DNA of 64,000 bases from NCBI GenBank assembly GCA_964016885.1, contig OZ024740.1, forward strand, positions 33,170,001-33,234,000, in the 5' to 3' direction. A program made the position numbers and the translations under genes. Positions 1-13,020 of this stretch are shown here, in pieces (the first letter of the stretch is position 1; each line of letters opens with the position of its first letter). Below the pieces are notes generated by a model. The model did no database searches, was not told where the DNA came from, and worked only from the letters and a program-made list of their open reading frames with translations. This stretch comes from Eledone cirrhosa. Lineage: Eukaryota.

Positions 1-99
1 AAGTGACCACCTATATATTCTAGATAGAATGTATTCATCTATATTTTCTAGATAGAAAGTGACCATCTATATATTCTAGATAGAAAGTGTTCATCTATA

Positions 100-3000
100 T
101 ATTCTAGATAGAAAGTGACTATCTATATATTCTAGATAGAAAATGACAATCTATATATTTCAGATAGAATGTGACCATCTATATATTTTAAATAGAACAT
201 GACCATCTATATATGCTAGATAGAAAGTGACCATCTATATATTTTAGATAGAAAGTGACCATCTATATATTTTAGACAGAAAGTGTTCATCTATATATTC
301 TAGATAGAAAGTGTTCATCTATATATTCTAGATAGAAAGTGACCATCTATATATTCCAGATAGAAAGTGTTCATCTATATATTCTAGATAGAAAGTGTTC
401 ATCCATATATTCTACATAGAAAGTGTTCATCTATATATTTTAGATAGAAAGTGTTTATTTATATATTCTAGATAGAAAGTGTTCATCTATATATTCTAGA
501 TAGAAAGTGACCATCTATATATTCTAGATAGAATGTATTCATCTATATTTTCTAGATAGAAAGTGACCATCTATATATTCTAGATAGAAAGTGACCATCT
601 TTATATTTTAGATAAAAAGTGTTCATCTATATATTCTAGATAGAAAGTGACCATCTATACATTCTAGATAGAGAGTGTTCATCTATATATTTTAGATAGA
701 AAGTGTTTATTTATATATTCTAGATAGAAAGTGTTCATCTATATATTCCAGATAGAAAGTGTTCATCTATATATTCTAGATAGAAAGTGACCATCTATAT
801 ATTCTAGATAGAAAGTGTTCATCTATATATTCTAGATAGAAAGTGACTATCTATATATTCTAGATAGAAAATGACAATCTATATATTTCAGATAGAATGT
901 GACCATCTATATATTTTAAATAGAAAATGACCATCTATATATTCTAGATAGAAAGTGACCATCTATATATTTTAGATAGAAAGTGACCATCTATATATTT
1001 TAGACAGAAAGTGTTCATCTATATATTCTAGATAGAAAGTGTTCATCTATATATTCTAGATAGAAAGTGACCATCTATATATTCCAGATAGAAAGTGTTC
1101 ATCTATATATTCTACATAGAAAGTGTTCATCTATATATTTTAGATAGAAAGTGTTTATTTATATATTCTAGATAGAAAGTGTTCATCTATATATTCTAGA
1201 TAGAAAGTGACCATCTATATATTCTAGATAGAATGTATTCATCTATATTTTCTAGATAGAAAGTGACCATCTATATATTCTATATAGAAAGTGACCATTT
1301 ATATATTTTAGATAGAAAGTGTTCATTTATATATTCTAGATAGAAAATGACCATCTATATATTTTAGATAGAAAGTGACCATCTATATATTTTAGACAGA
1401 AAGTGTTCATCTATATATTCTAGATAGAAAGTGACCATCCATATAATCTAGATAGAAAGTTTTCATATATATATTCTAGATAGAAAGTGACCATCTATAT
1501 ATTCCAGATAGAAAGTGTTCATCTATATATTCTAGATAGAAAGTGTTCATCTATATATTCTACATAGAAAGTGTTCATCTATATATTTTAGATAGAAAGT
1601 GTTTATTTATATATTCTAGATAGAAAGTGTTCATCTATATATTCTAGATAGAAAGTGACCATCTATATATTCTAGATAGAAAATGACAATCTATATATTT
1701 CAGATAGAATGTGACCATCTATATATTTTAAATAGAAAATGACCATCTATATATTCTACATAGAAAGTGACCATCTATATATTTTATATAGAAAGTGACC
1801 ATCTATATATTTTAGACAGAAAGTGTTCATCTATATATTCTAGATAGAAAGTGTTCATCTATATATTCTAGATAGAAAGTGACCATCTATATATTCCAGA
1901 TAGAAAGTGTTCATCTATATATTCTAGATAGAAAGTGTTCATCTATATATTCTACATAGAAAGTGTTCATCTATATATTTTAGATAGAAAGTGTTTATTT
2001 ATATATTCTAGATAGAAAGTGTTCATCTATATATTCTAGATAGAAAGTGACCATCTATATAATCTAGATAGAATGTATTCCTCTATATTTTCTAGATAGA
2101 AAGTGACCATCTATATATTCTAGATAGAAAGTGACCATCCATATAATCTAGATAGAAAGTTTTCATATATATATTCTTAGATAGAAAGTGACCATCTATA
2201 TATTCCAGATAGAAAGTGTTCATATATATATTCTAGATAGAAAGTGTTCATCTATATATTCCAGATAGAAAGTGTTCATCTATATATTCTACATAGAAAG
2301 TGTTCATCTATATATTTTAGATAGAAAGTGTTTATTTATATATTCTAGATAGAAAGTGACCATCTATATATTCAAGATAGAAAGTGTTCATCTATATATT
2401 TTAGATAGAAAGTGACCATCTATATATTCTATATAGAAAGTGACCATCTATATATTTTAGATAGAAAGTGTTCATCTATATATTCTAGATAGAAAATGAC
2501 CATCTATATATTTTAGATAGAAAGTGACCATCTATATATTTTAGACAGAAAGTGACCATCTATATATTCTAGATAGAAAGTGACCATCTATATATTCTAG
2601 ATAGAAAGTGACCATGTATATATTCTTGATAGAAAGTAACCATCTATATATTTTAGATTGAAAATGACCATCTATATATATATTCTAGATAGAAAGTGTT
2701 CATATATATATTCTAGATAGAAAGTGTTCATCTATATATTCCAGATAGAAAGTGTTCATCTATATATTCTACATAGAAAGTGTTCATCTATATATTTTAG
2801 ATAGAAAGTGTTCATCTATATATTCTAGATAGAAAGTGATCATCTATATATTTTAGATAGAAAGTGACCATCTATATATTTTAGATAGAAAGTGTTCATC
2901 TATATATTCTAGATAGAAAGTGACCATCTATACATTCTAGATAGAGAGTGTTCATCTATATATTCTAGATAGAAAGTGTTCATCTATATATTCCAGATAG

Positions 3001-6000
3001 AAAGTGTTCATCTATATATTCTAGATAGAAAGTGACCATCTATATATTTTAGATAGAAAGTGACCATCTATATATTCTAGATAGAAAGTGACCATCTATA
3101 TATTCTAGATAGAAAGTAACCATCTATATATTTTAGATAGAAAATGACCATCTATATATATATTCTAGATAGAAAGTGTTCATATATATATTCTAGATAG
3201 AAAGTGTTCATCTATATATCCCAGATAGAAAGTGTTCATCTATATATTCTACATAGAAAGTGTTCATCTATATATTTTAGATAGAAAGTGTTTATTTATA
3301 TATTCTAGATAGAAAGTGTTCATCTATATATTCCAGATAGAAAGTGTTCATCTATATATTCTAGATAGAAAGTGACCATCTATATATTCTAGATAGAAAG
3401 TGACCATCTATATATTCTAGATAGAAAGTGACCATGTATATATTCTAGATAGAAAGTAACCATCTATATATTTTAGATTGAAAATGACCATCTATATATA
3501 TATTCTAGATAGAAAGTGTTCATATATATATTCTAGATAGAAAGTGTTCATCTATATATTCCAGATAGAAAGTGTTCATCTATACATTCTAGATAGAAAG
3601 TGTTCATCTATATATTTTAGATAGAAAGTGTTTATTTATATATTCTAGATAGAATGTGACCATCTATATATTTTAGATAGAAAGTGTTCATCTATATAAT
3701 CTAGATAGAAAGTGTTCATCTATATATTCTAGATAGAAAGTGACCATCTATATATTCTAGATAGAAAGTGACCATGTATATATTCTAGATAGAAAGTAAC
3801 CATCTATATATTTTAGATTGAAAATGACCATCTATATATATATTCTAGATAGAAAGTGTTCATATATATATTCTAGATAGAAAGTGTTCATCTATATATT
3901 CCAGATAAAAAGTGTTCATCTATATATTCTACATAGAAAGCGTTCATCTATATATTTTAGATAGAAAGTGACCATCTATATATTTTAGATAAAAAGTGAC
4001 CATCTATATATTTTAGATAGAAAGTGTTCATCTATATAATCTAGATAGAAAGTGTTCATCTATATATTTTAGATAGAAAGTGACCATGTATATATTCTAG
4101 ATAGAAAGTGACCATGTATATATTCTAGATAGAAAGTAACCATCTATATATTTTAGATTGAAAATGACCATCTATATATATATTCTAGATAGAAAGTGTT
4201 CATATATATAGTCTAGATAGAAAGTGTTCATCTATATATTCCAGATAAAAAGTGTTCATCTATATATTCTACATAGAAAGTGTTCATCTATATATTTTAG
4301 ATAGAAAGTGTTTATTTATATATTCTAGATAGAAAGTGTTCATCTATATATTTTAGATAGAAAGTGACCATCTATATATTCTATATAGAAAGTGACATCT
4401 ATATATTTTAGATAGAAAGTGTTCATCTATATATTCTAGATAGAAAATGACCATCTATATATTTTAGATAGAAAGTGACCATCTATATATTTTAGACAGA
4501 AAGTGTTCATCTATATATTCTAGATAGAAAGTGACCATCTATATATTCTAGATAGAAAATGACCATCTATATATTTTAGATAGAAAGTGTTCATCTATAT
4601 ATTCTAGATAGAAAGTGACCATCTATATATTCTAGATAGAAAGTGTTCATCTATATATTCTAGATAGAAAGTGACTATCTATATATTCTAGATAGAAAAT
4701 GACAATCTATATATTTCAGATAGAATGTGACCATCTATATATTTTAAATAGAAAATGACCATCTATATATTCTAGATAGAAAGTGACCATCTATATATTT
4801 TAGATAGAAAGTGACCATCTATATATTTTAGACAGAAAGTGTTCATCTATATATTCTAGATAGAAAGTGTTCATCTATATATTCTAGATAGAAAGTGACC
4901 ATCTATATATTTTAGATAGAAAGTGACCATCTATATATTTTAGACAGAAAGTGTTCATCTATATATTCTAGATAGAAAGTGTTCATCTATATATTCTAGA
5001 TAGAAAGTGACCATCTATATATTCCAGATAGAAAGTGTTCATCTATATATTCTAGATAGAAAGTGTTCATCCATATATTCTACATAGAAAGTGTTCATCT
5101 ATATATTTTAGATAGAAAGTGTTTATTTAGATAGAAAGTGTTCATCTATATATTCTAGATAGAAAGTGACCATCTATATATTCTAGATAGAATGTATTCA
5201 TCTATATTTTCTAGATAGAAAGTGACCATCTATATATTCTAGATAGAAAGTGACCATCTTTATATTTTAGATAAAAAGTGTTCATCTATATATTCTAGAT
5301 AGAAAGTGACCATCTATACATTCTAGATAGAGAGTGTTCATCTATATATTTTAGATAGAAAGTGTTTATTTATATATTCTAGATAGAAAGTGTTCATCTA
5401 TATATTCCAGATAGAAAGTGTTCATCTATATATTCTAGATAGAAAGTTACCATCTATATATTCTAGATAGAAAGTGTTCATCTATATATTCTAGATAGAA
5501 AGTGACTATCTATATATTCTAGATAGAAAATGACAATCTATATATTTCAGATAGAATGTGACCATCTATATATTTTAAATAGAAAATGACCATCTATATA
5601 TTCTAGATAGAAAGTGACCATCTATATATTTTAGATAGAAAGTGACCATCTATATATTTTAGACAGAAAGTGTTCATCTATATATTCTAGATAGAAAGTG
5701 TTCATCTATATATTCTAGATAGAAAGTGACCATCTATATATTCCAGATAGAATGTATTCATCTATATTTTCTAGATAGAAAGTGACCATCTATATATTCT
5801 ATATAGAAAGTGACCATTTATATATTTTAGATAGAAAGTGTTCATTTATATATTCTAGATAGAAAATGACCATCTATATATTTTAGATAGAAAGTGACCA
5901 TCTATATATTTTAGACAGAAAGTGTTCATCTATATATTCTAGATAGAAAGTGACCATCCATATAATCTAGATAGAAAGTTTTCATATATATATTCTAGAT

Positions 6001-9000
6001 AGAAAGTGACCATCTATATATTCCAGATAGAAAGTGTTCATCTATATATTCTAGATAGAAAGTGTTCATCTATATATTCTACATAGAAAGTGTTCATCTA
6101 TATATTTTAGATAGAAAGTGTTTATTTATATATTCTAGATAGAAAGTGTTCATCTATATATTCTAGATAGAAAGTGTTCATCTATATATTCTAGATAGAA
6201 AGTGACCATCTATATATTCCAGATAGAAAGTGTTCATCTATATATTCTAGATAGAAAGTGTTCATCTATATATTCTACATAGAAAGTGTTCATCTATATA
6301 TTTTAGATAGAAAGTGTTTATTTATATATTCTAGATAGAAAGTGTTCATCTATATATTCTAGATAGAAAGTGACCATCTATATAATCTAGATAGAATGTA
6401 TTCCTCTATATTTTCTAGATAGAAAGTGACCATCTATATATTCTAGATAGAAAGTGACCATCCATATAATCTAGATAGAAAGTTTTCATATATATATTCT
6501 AGATAGAAAGTGACCATCTATATATTCCAGATAGAAAGTGTTCATATATATATTCTAGATAGAAAGTGTTCATCTATATATTCCAGATAGAAAGTGTTCA
6601 TCTATATATTCTACATAGAAAGTGTTCATCTATATATTTTAGATAGAAAGTGTTTATTTATATATTCTAGATAGAAAGTGACCATCTATATATTCAAGAT
6701 AGAAAGTGTTCATCTATATATTTTAGATAGAAAGTGACCATCTATATATTCTATATAGAAAGTGACCATCTATATATTTTAGATAGAAAGTGTTCATCTA
6801 TATATTCTAGATAGAAAATGACCATCTATATATTTTAGATAGAAAGTGACCATCTATATATTTTAGACAGAAAGTGACCATCTATATATTCTAGATAGAA
6901 AGTGACCATCTATATATTCTAGATAGAAAGTGACCATGTATATATTCTTGATAGAAAGTAACCATCTATATATTTTAGATTGAAAATGACCATCTATATA
7001 TATATTCTAGATAGAAAGTGTTCATATATATATTCTAGATAGAAAGTGTTCATCTATATATTCTACATAGAAAGTGTTCATCTATATATTTTAGATAGAA
7101 AGTGTTCATCTATATATTCTAGATAGAAAGTGATCATCTATATATTTTAGATAGAAAGTGACCATCTATATATTTTAGATAGAAAGTGTTCATCTATATA
7201 TTCTAGATAGAAAGTGACCATCTATACATTCTAGATAGAGAGTGTTCATCTATATATTCTAGATAGAAAGTGTTCATCTATATATTCCAGATAGAAAGTG
7301 TTCATCTATATATTCTAGATAGAAAGTGACCATCTATATATTTTAGATAGAAAGTGACCATCTATATATTCTAGATAGAAAGTGACCATCTATATATTCT
7401 AGATAGAAAGTAACCATCTATATATTTTAGATAGAAAATGACCATCTATATATATATTCTAGATAGAAAGTGTTCATATATATATTCTAGATAGAAAGTG
7501 TTCATCTATATATCCCAGATAGAAAGTGTTCATCTATATATTCTACATAGAAAGTGTTCATCTATATATTTTAGATAGAAAGTGTTTATTTATATATTCT
7601 AGATAGAAAGTGTTCATCTATATATTCCAGATAGAAAGTGTTCATCTATATATTCTAGATAGAAAGTGACCATCTATATATTCTAGATAGAAAGTGACCA
7701 TCTATATATTCTAGATAGAAAGTGACCATGTATATATTCTAGATAGAAAGTAACCATCTATATATTTTAGATTGAAAATGACCATCTATATATATATTCT
7801 AGATAGAAAGTGTTCATATATATATTCTAGATAGAAAGTGTTCATCTATATATTCCAGATAGAAAGTGTTCATCTATACATTCTAGATAGAAAGTGTTCA
7901 TCTATATATTTTAGATAGAAAGTGATTATTTATATATTCTAGATAGAATGTGACCATCTATATATTTTAGATAGAAAGTGTTCATCTATATAATCTAGAT
8001 AGAAAGTGTTCATCTATATATTCTAGATAGAAAGTGACCATCTATATATTCTAGATAGAAAGTGACCATGTATATATTCTAGATAGAAAGTAACCATCTA
8101 TATATTTTAGATTGAAAATGACCATCTATATATATATTCTAGATAGAAAGTGTTCATATATATATTCTAGATAGAAAGTGTTCATCTATATATTCCAGAT
8201 AAAAAGTGTTCATCTATATATTCTACATAGAAAGCGTTCATCTATATATTTTAGATAGAAAGTGACCATCTATATATTTTAGATAAAAAGTGACCATCTA
8301 TATATTTTAGATAGAAAGTGTTCATCTATATAATCTAGATAGAAAGTGTTCATCTATATATTTTAGATAGAAAGTGACCATGTATATATTCTAGATAGAA
8401 AGTGACCATGTATATATTCTAGATAGAAAGTAACCATCTATATATTTTAGATTGAAAATGACCATCTATATATATATTCTAGATAGAAAGTGTTCATATA
8501 TATAGTCTAGATAGAAAGTGTTCATCTATATATTCCAGATAAAAAGTGTTCATCTATATATTCTACATAGAAAGTGTTCATCTATATATTTTAGATAGAA
8601 AGTGTTTATTTATATATTCTAGATAGAAAGTGTTCATCTATATATTTTAGATAGAAAGTGACCATCTATATATTCTATATAGAAAGTGACATCTATATAT
8701 TTTAGATAGAAAGTGTTCATCTATATATTCTAGATAGAAAATGACCATCTATATATTTTAGATAGAAAGTGACCATCTATATATTTTAGACAGAAAGTGT
8801 TCATCTATATATTCTAGATAGAAAGTGACCATCTATATATTCTAGATAGAAAATGACCATCTATATATTTTAGATAGAAAGTGTTCATCTATATATTCTA
8901 GATAGAAAGTGACCATCTATATATTCTAGATAGAAAGTGTTCATCTATATATTCTAGATAGAAAGTGACTATCTATATATTCTAGATAGAAAATGACAAT

Positions 9001-9200
9001 CTATATATTTCAGATAGAATGTGACCATCTATATATTTTAAATAGAAAATGACCATCTATATATTCTAGATAGAAAGTGACCATCTATATATTTTAGATA
9101 GAAAGTGACCATCTATATATTTTAGACAGAAAGTGTTCATCTATATATTCTAGATAGAAAGTGTTCATCTATATATTCTAGATAGAAAGTGACCATCTAT
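100..9200 (+). repeat. Imperfect tandem duplication of about 4.3-4.7 kb
   Basis: Rare marker pairs: atccatatattctacat 401/5069, gtattcctct 2081/6404, tatagtctag 4211/8505. The offset drifts from 4668 to 4323 to 4294 through monomer gains or losses and small indels. Confidence 0.8.
2640..4330 (+). repeat. Higher-order module B: 12-monomer/340-bp unit marked by a 32-bp monomer with a +TATA expansion (example cluster)
   Basis: The expanded tctatatatatatt motif occurs at 2671, 3151, 3491, 3831 and 4171. Spacings are 480, 340, 340, 340 (17x28+4 and 12x28+4). It is always preceded by a gtaacc monomer and followed by a gttcata monomer. Confidence 0.9.
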
Positions 9201-9779
9201 ATATTCCAGATAGAAAGTGTTCATCTATATATTCTAGATAGAAAGTGTTCATCTATATATTCTACATAGAAAGTGTTCATCTATATATTTTAGATAGAAA
9301 GTGTTCATTTATATATTCTAGATAGAAAGTGTTCATCTATATATTCTAGATAGAAAGTGACCATCTATATATTCTAGATAGAAAGTGTTCATCTATATAT
9401 TCTACATAGAAAGTGTTCATCTATATATTTTAGATAGAAAGTGTTTATTTATATATTCTAGATAGAAAGTGTTCATCTATATATTCTAGATAGAAAGTGA
9501 CCATCTATATATTCTAGATAGAAAGTGTTAATCTATATATTCTAGATAGAAAGTGACCATCTATATATTCTAGATAGAATGTATTCATCTATATTTTCTA
9601 GATAGAAAGTGACCATCTATATATTCTATATAGAAAGTGACCATTTATATATTTTAGATAGAAAGTGTTCATTTATATATTCTAGATAGAAAATGACCAT
9701 CTATATATTTTAGATAGAAAGTGACCATCTATATATTTTAGACAGAAAGTGTTCATCTATATATTCTAGATAGAAAGTG

Positions 9780-12700
9780 TTCATCTATATATTCTAGATA
9801 GAAAGTGACCATCCATATAATCTAGATAGAAAGTTTTCATATATATATTCTAGATAGAAAGTGACCATCTATATATTCCAGATAGAAAGTGTTCATATAT
9901 ATATTCTAGATAGAAAGTGTTCATCTATATATTCCAGATAGAAAGTGTTCATCTATATATTCTACATAGAAAGTGTTCATCTATATATTTTAGATAGAAA
10001 GTGTTTATTTATATATTCTAGATAGAAAGTGACCATCTATATATTCAAGATAGAAAGTGTTCATCTATATATTTTAGATAGAAAGTGACCATCTATATAT
10101 TCTATATAGAAAGTGACCATCTATATATTTTAGATAGAAAGTGTTCATCTATATATTCTAGATAGAAAATGACCATCTATATATTTTAGATAGAAAGTGA
10201 CCATCTATATATTTTAGACAGAAAGTGACCATCTATATATTCTAGATAGAAAGTGACCATCTATATATTCTAGATAGAAAGTGACCATGTATATATTCTT
10301 GATAGAAAGTAACCATCTATATATTTTAGATTGAAAATGACCATCTATATATATATTCTAGATAGAAAGTGTTCATATATATATTCTAGATAGAAAGTGT
10401 TCATCTATATATTCCAGATAGAAAGTGTTCATCTATATATTCTACATAGAAAGTGTTCATCTATATATTTTAGATAGAAAGTGTTCATCTATATATTCTA
10501 GATAGAAAGTGATCATCTATATATTTTAGATAGAAAGTGACCATCTATATATTTTAGATAGAAAGTGTTCATCTATATATTCTAGATAGAAAGTGACCAT
10601 CTATACATTCTAGATAGAGAGTGTTCATCTATATATTCTAGATAGAAAGTGTTCATCTATATATTCCAGATAGAAAGTGTTCATCTATATATTCTAGATA
10701 GAAAGTGACCATCTATATATTTTAGATAGAAAGTGACCATCTATATATACTAGATAGAAAGTGACCATCTATATATTCTAGATAGAAAGTAACCATCTAT
10801 ATATTTTAGATAGAAAATGACCATCTATATATATATTCTAGATAGAAAGTGTTCATATATATATTCTAGATAGAAAGTGTTCATCTATATATCCCAGATA
10901 GAAAGTGTTCATCTATATATTCTACATAGAAAGTGTTCATCTATATATTTTAGATAGAAAGTGTTTATTTATATATTCTAGATAGAAAGTGTTCATCTAT
11001 ATATTCCAGATAGAAAGTGATCATCTATATATTCTAGATAGAAAGTGACCATCTATATATTCTAGATAGAAAGTGACCATCTATATATTCTAGATAGAAA
11101 GTGACCATGTATATATTCTAGATAGAAAGTAACCATCTATATATTTTAGATTGAAAATGACCATCTATATATATATTCTAGATAGAAAGTGTTCATATAT
11201 ATATTCTAGATAGAAAGTGTTCATCTATATATTCCAGATAGAAAGTGTTCATCTATACATTCTAGATAGAAAGTGTTCATCTATATATTTTAGATAGAAA
11301 GTGTTTATTTATATATTCTAGATAGAATGTGACCATCTATATATTTTAGATAGAAAGTGTTCATCTATATAATCTAGATAGAAAGTGTTCATCTATATAT
11401 TCTAGATAGAAAGTGACCATCCATATAATCTAGATAGAAAGTTTTCATATATATATTCTAGATAGAAAGTGACCATCTATATATTCCAGATAGAAAGTGT
11501 TCATATATATATTCTAGATAGAAAGTGTTCATCTATATATTCCAGATAGAAAGTGTTCATCTATATATTCTACATAGAAAGTGTTCATCTATATATTTTA
11601 GATAGAAAGTGTTTATTTATATATTCTAGATAGAAAGTGACCATCTATATATTCAAGATAGAAAGTGTTCATCTATATATTTTAGATAGAAAGTGACCAT
11701 CTATATATTCTATATAGAAAGTGACCATCTATATATTTTAGATAGAAAGTGTTCATCTATATATTCTAGATAGAAAATGACCATCTATATATTTTAGATA
11801 GAAAGTGACCATCTATATATTTTAGACAGAAAGTGACCATCTATATATTCTAGATAGAAAGTGACCATCTATATATTCTAGATAGAAAGTGACCATGTAT
11901 ATATTCTTGATAGAAAGTAACCATCTATATATTTTAGATTGAAAATGACCATCTATATATATATTCTAGATAGAAAGTGTTCATATATATATTCTAGATA
12001 GAAAGTGTTCATCTATATATTCCAGATAGAAAGTGTTCATCTATATATTCTACATAGAAAGTGTTCATCTATATATTTTAGATAGAAAGTGTTCATCTAT
12101 ATATTCTAGATAGAAAGTGATCATCTATATATTTTAGATAGAAAGTGACCATCTATATATTTTAGATAGAAAGTGTTCATCTATATATTCTAGATAGAAA
12201 GTGACCATCTATACATTCTAGATAGAGAGTGTTCATCTATATATTCTAGATAGAAAGTGTTCATCTATATATTCCAGATAGAAAGTGTTCATCTATATAT
12301 TCTAGATAGAAAGTGACCATCTATATATTTTAGATAGAAAGTGACCATCTATATATACTAGATAGAAAGTGACCATCTATATATTCTAGATAGAAAGTAA
12401 CCATCTATATATTTTAGATAGAAAATGACCATCTATATATATATTCTAGATAGAAAGTGTTCATATATATATTCTAGATAGAAAGTGTTCATCTATATAT
12501 CCCAGATAGAAAGTGTTCATCTATATATTCTACATAGAAAGTGTTCATCTATATATTTTAGATAGAAAGTGTTTATTTATATATTCTAGATAGAAAGTGT
12601 TCATCTATATATTCCAGATAGAAAGTGATCATCTATATATTCTAGATAGAAAGTGACCATCTATATATTCTAGATAGAAAGTGACCATCTATATATTCTA

Positions 12701-13020
12701 GATAGAAAGTGACCATGTATATATTCTAGATAGAAAGTAACCATCTATATATTTTAGATTGAAAATGACCATCTATATATATATTCTAGATAGAAAGTGT
12801 TCATATATATATTCTAGATAGAAAGTGTTCATCTATATATTCCAGATAGAAAGTGTTCATCTATACATTCTAGATAGAAAGTGTTCATCTATATATTTTA
12901 GATAGAAAGTGTTTATTTATATATTCTAGATAGAATGTGACCATCTATATATTTTAGATAGAAAGTGTTCATCTATATAATCTAGATAGAAAGTGTTCAT
13001 CTATATATTCTAGATAGAAA
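9780..13020 (+). repeat. 1608-bp (57-monomer) tandem duplication
   Basis: ctatatatactag at 10741/12349 and aagtgaccatccatataatc at 9803/11411. 1608 = 57x28+12. Confidence 0.85.

Noticed and set aside
2170-2182. 1-bp insertion (attcttag), and similarly a 1-bp deletion near 31181 (agataaaagtg)
   Set aside because: These are singletons absent from paralogous copies and cannot be distinguished from consensus errors without reads.
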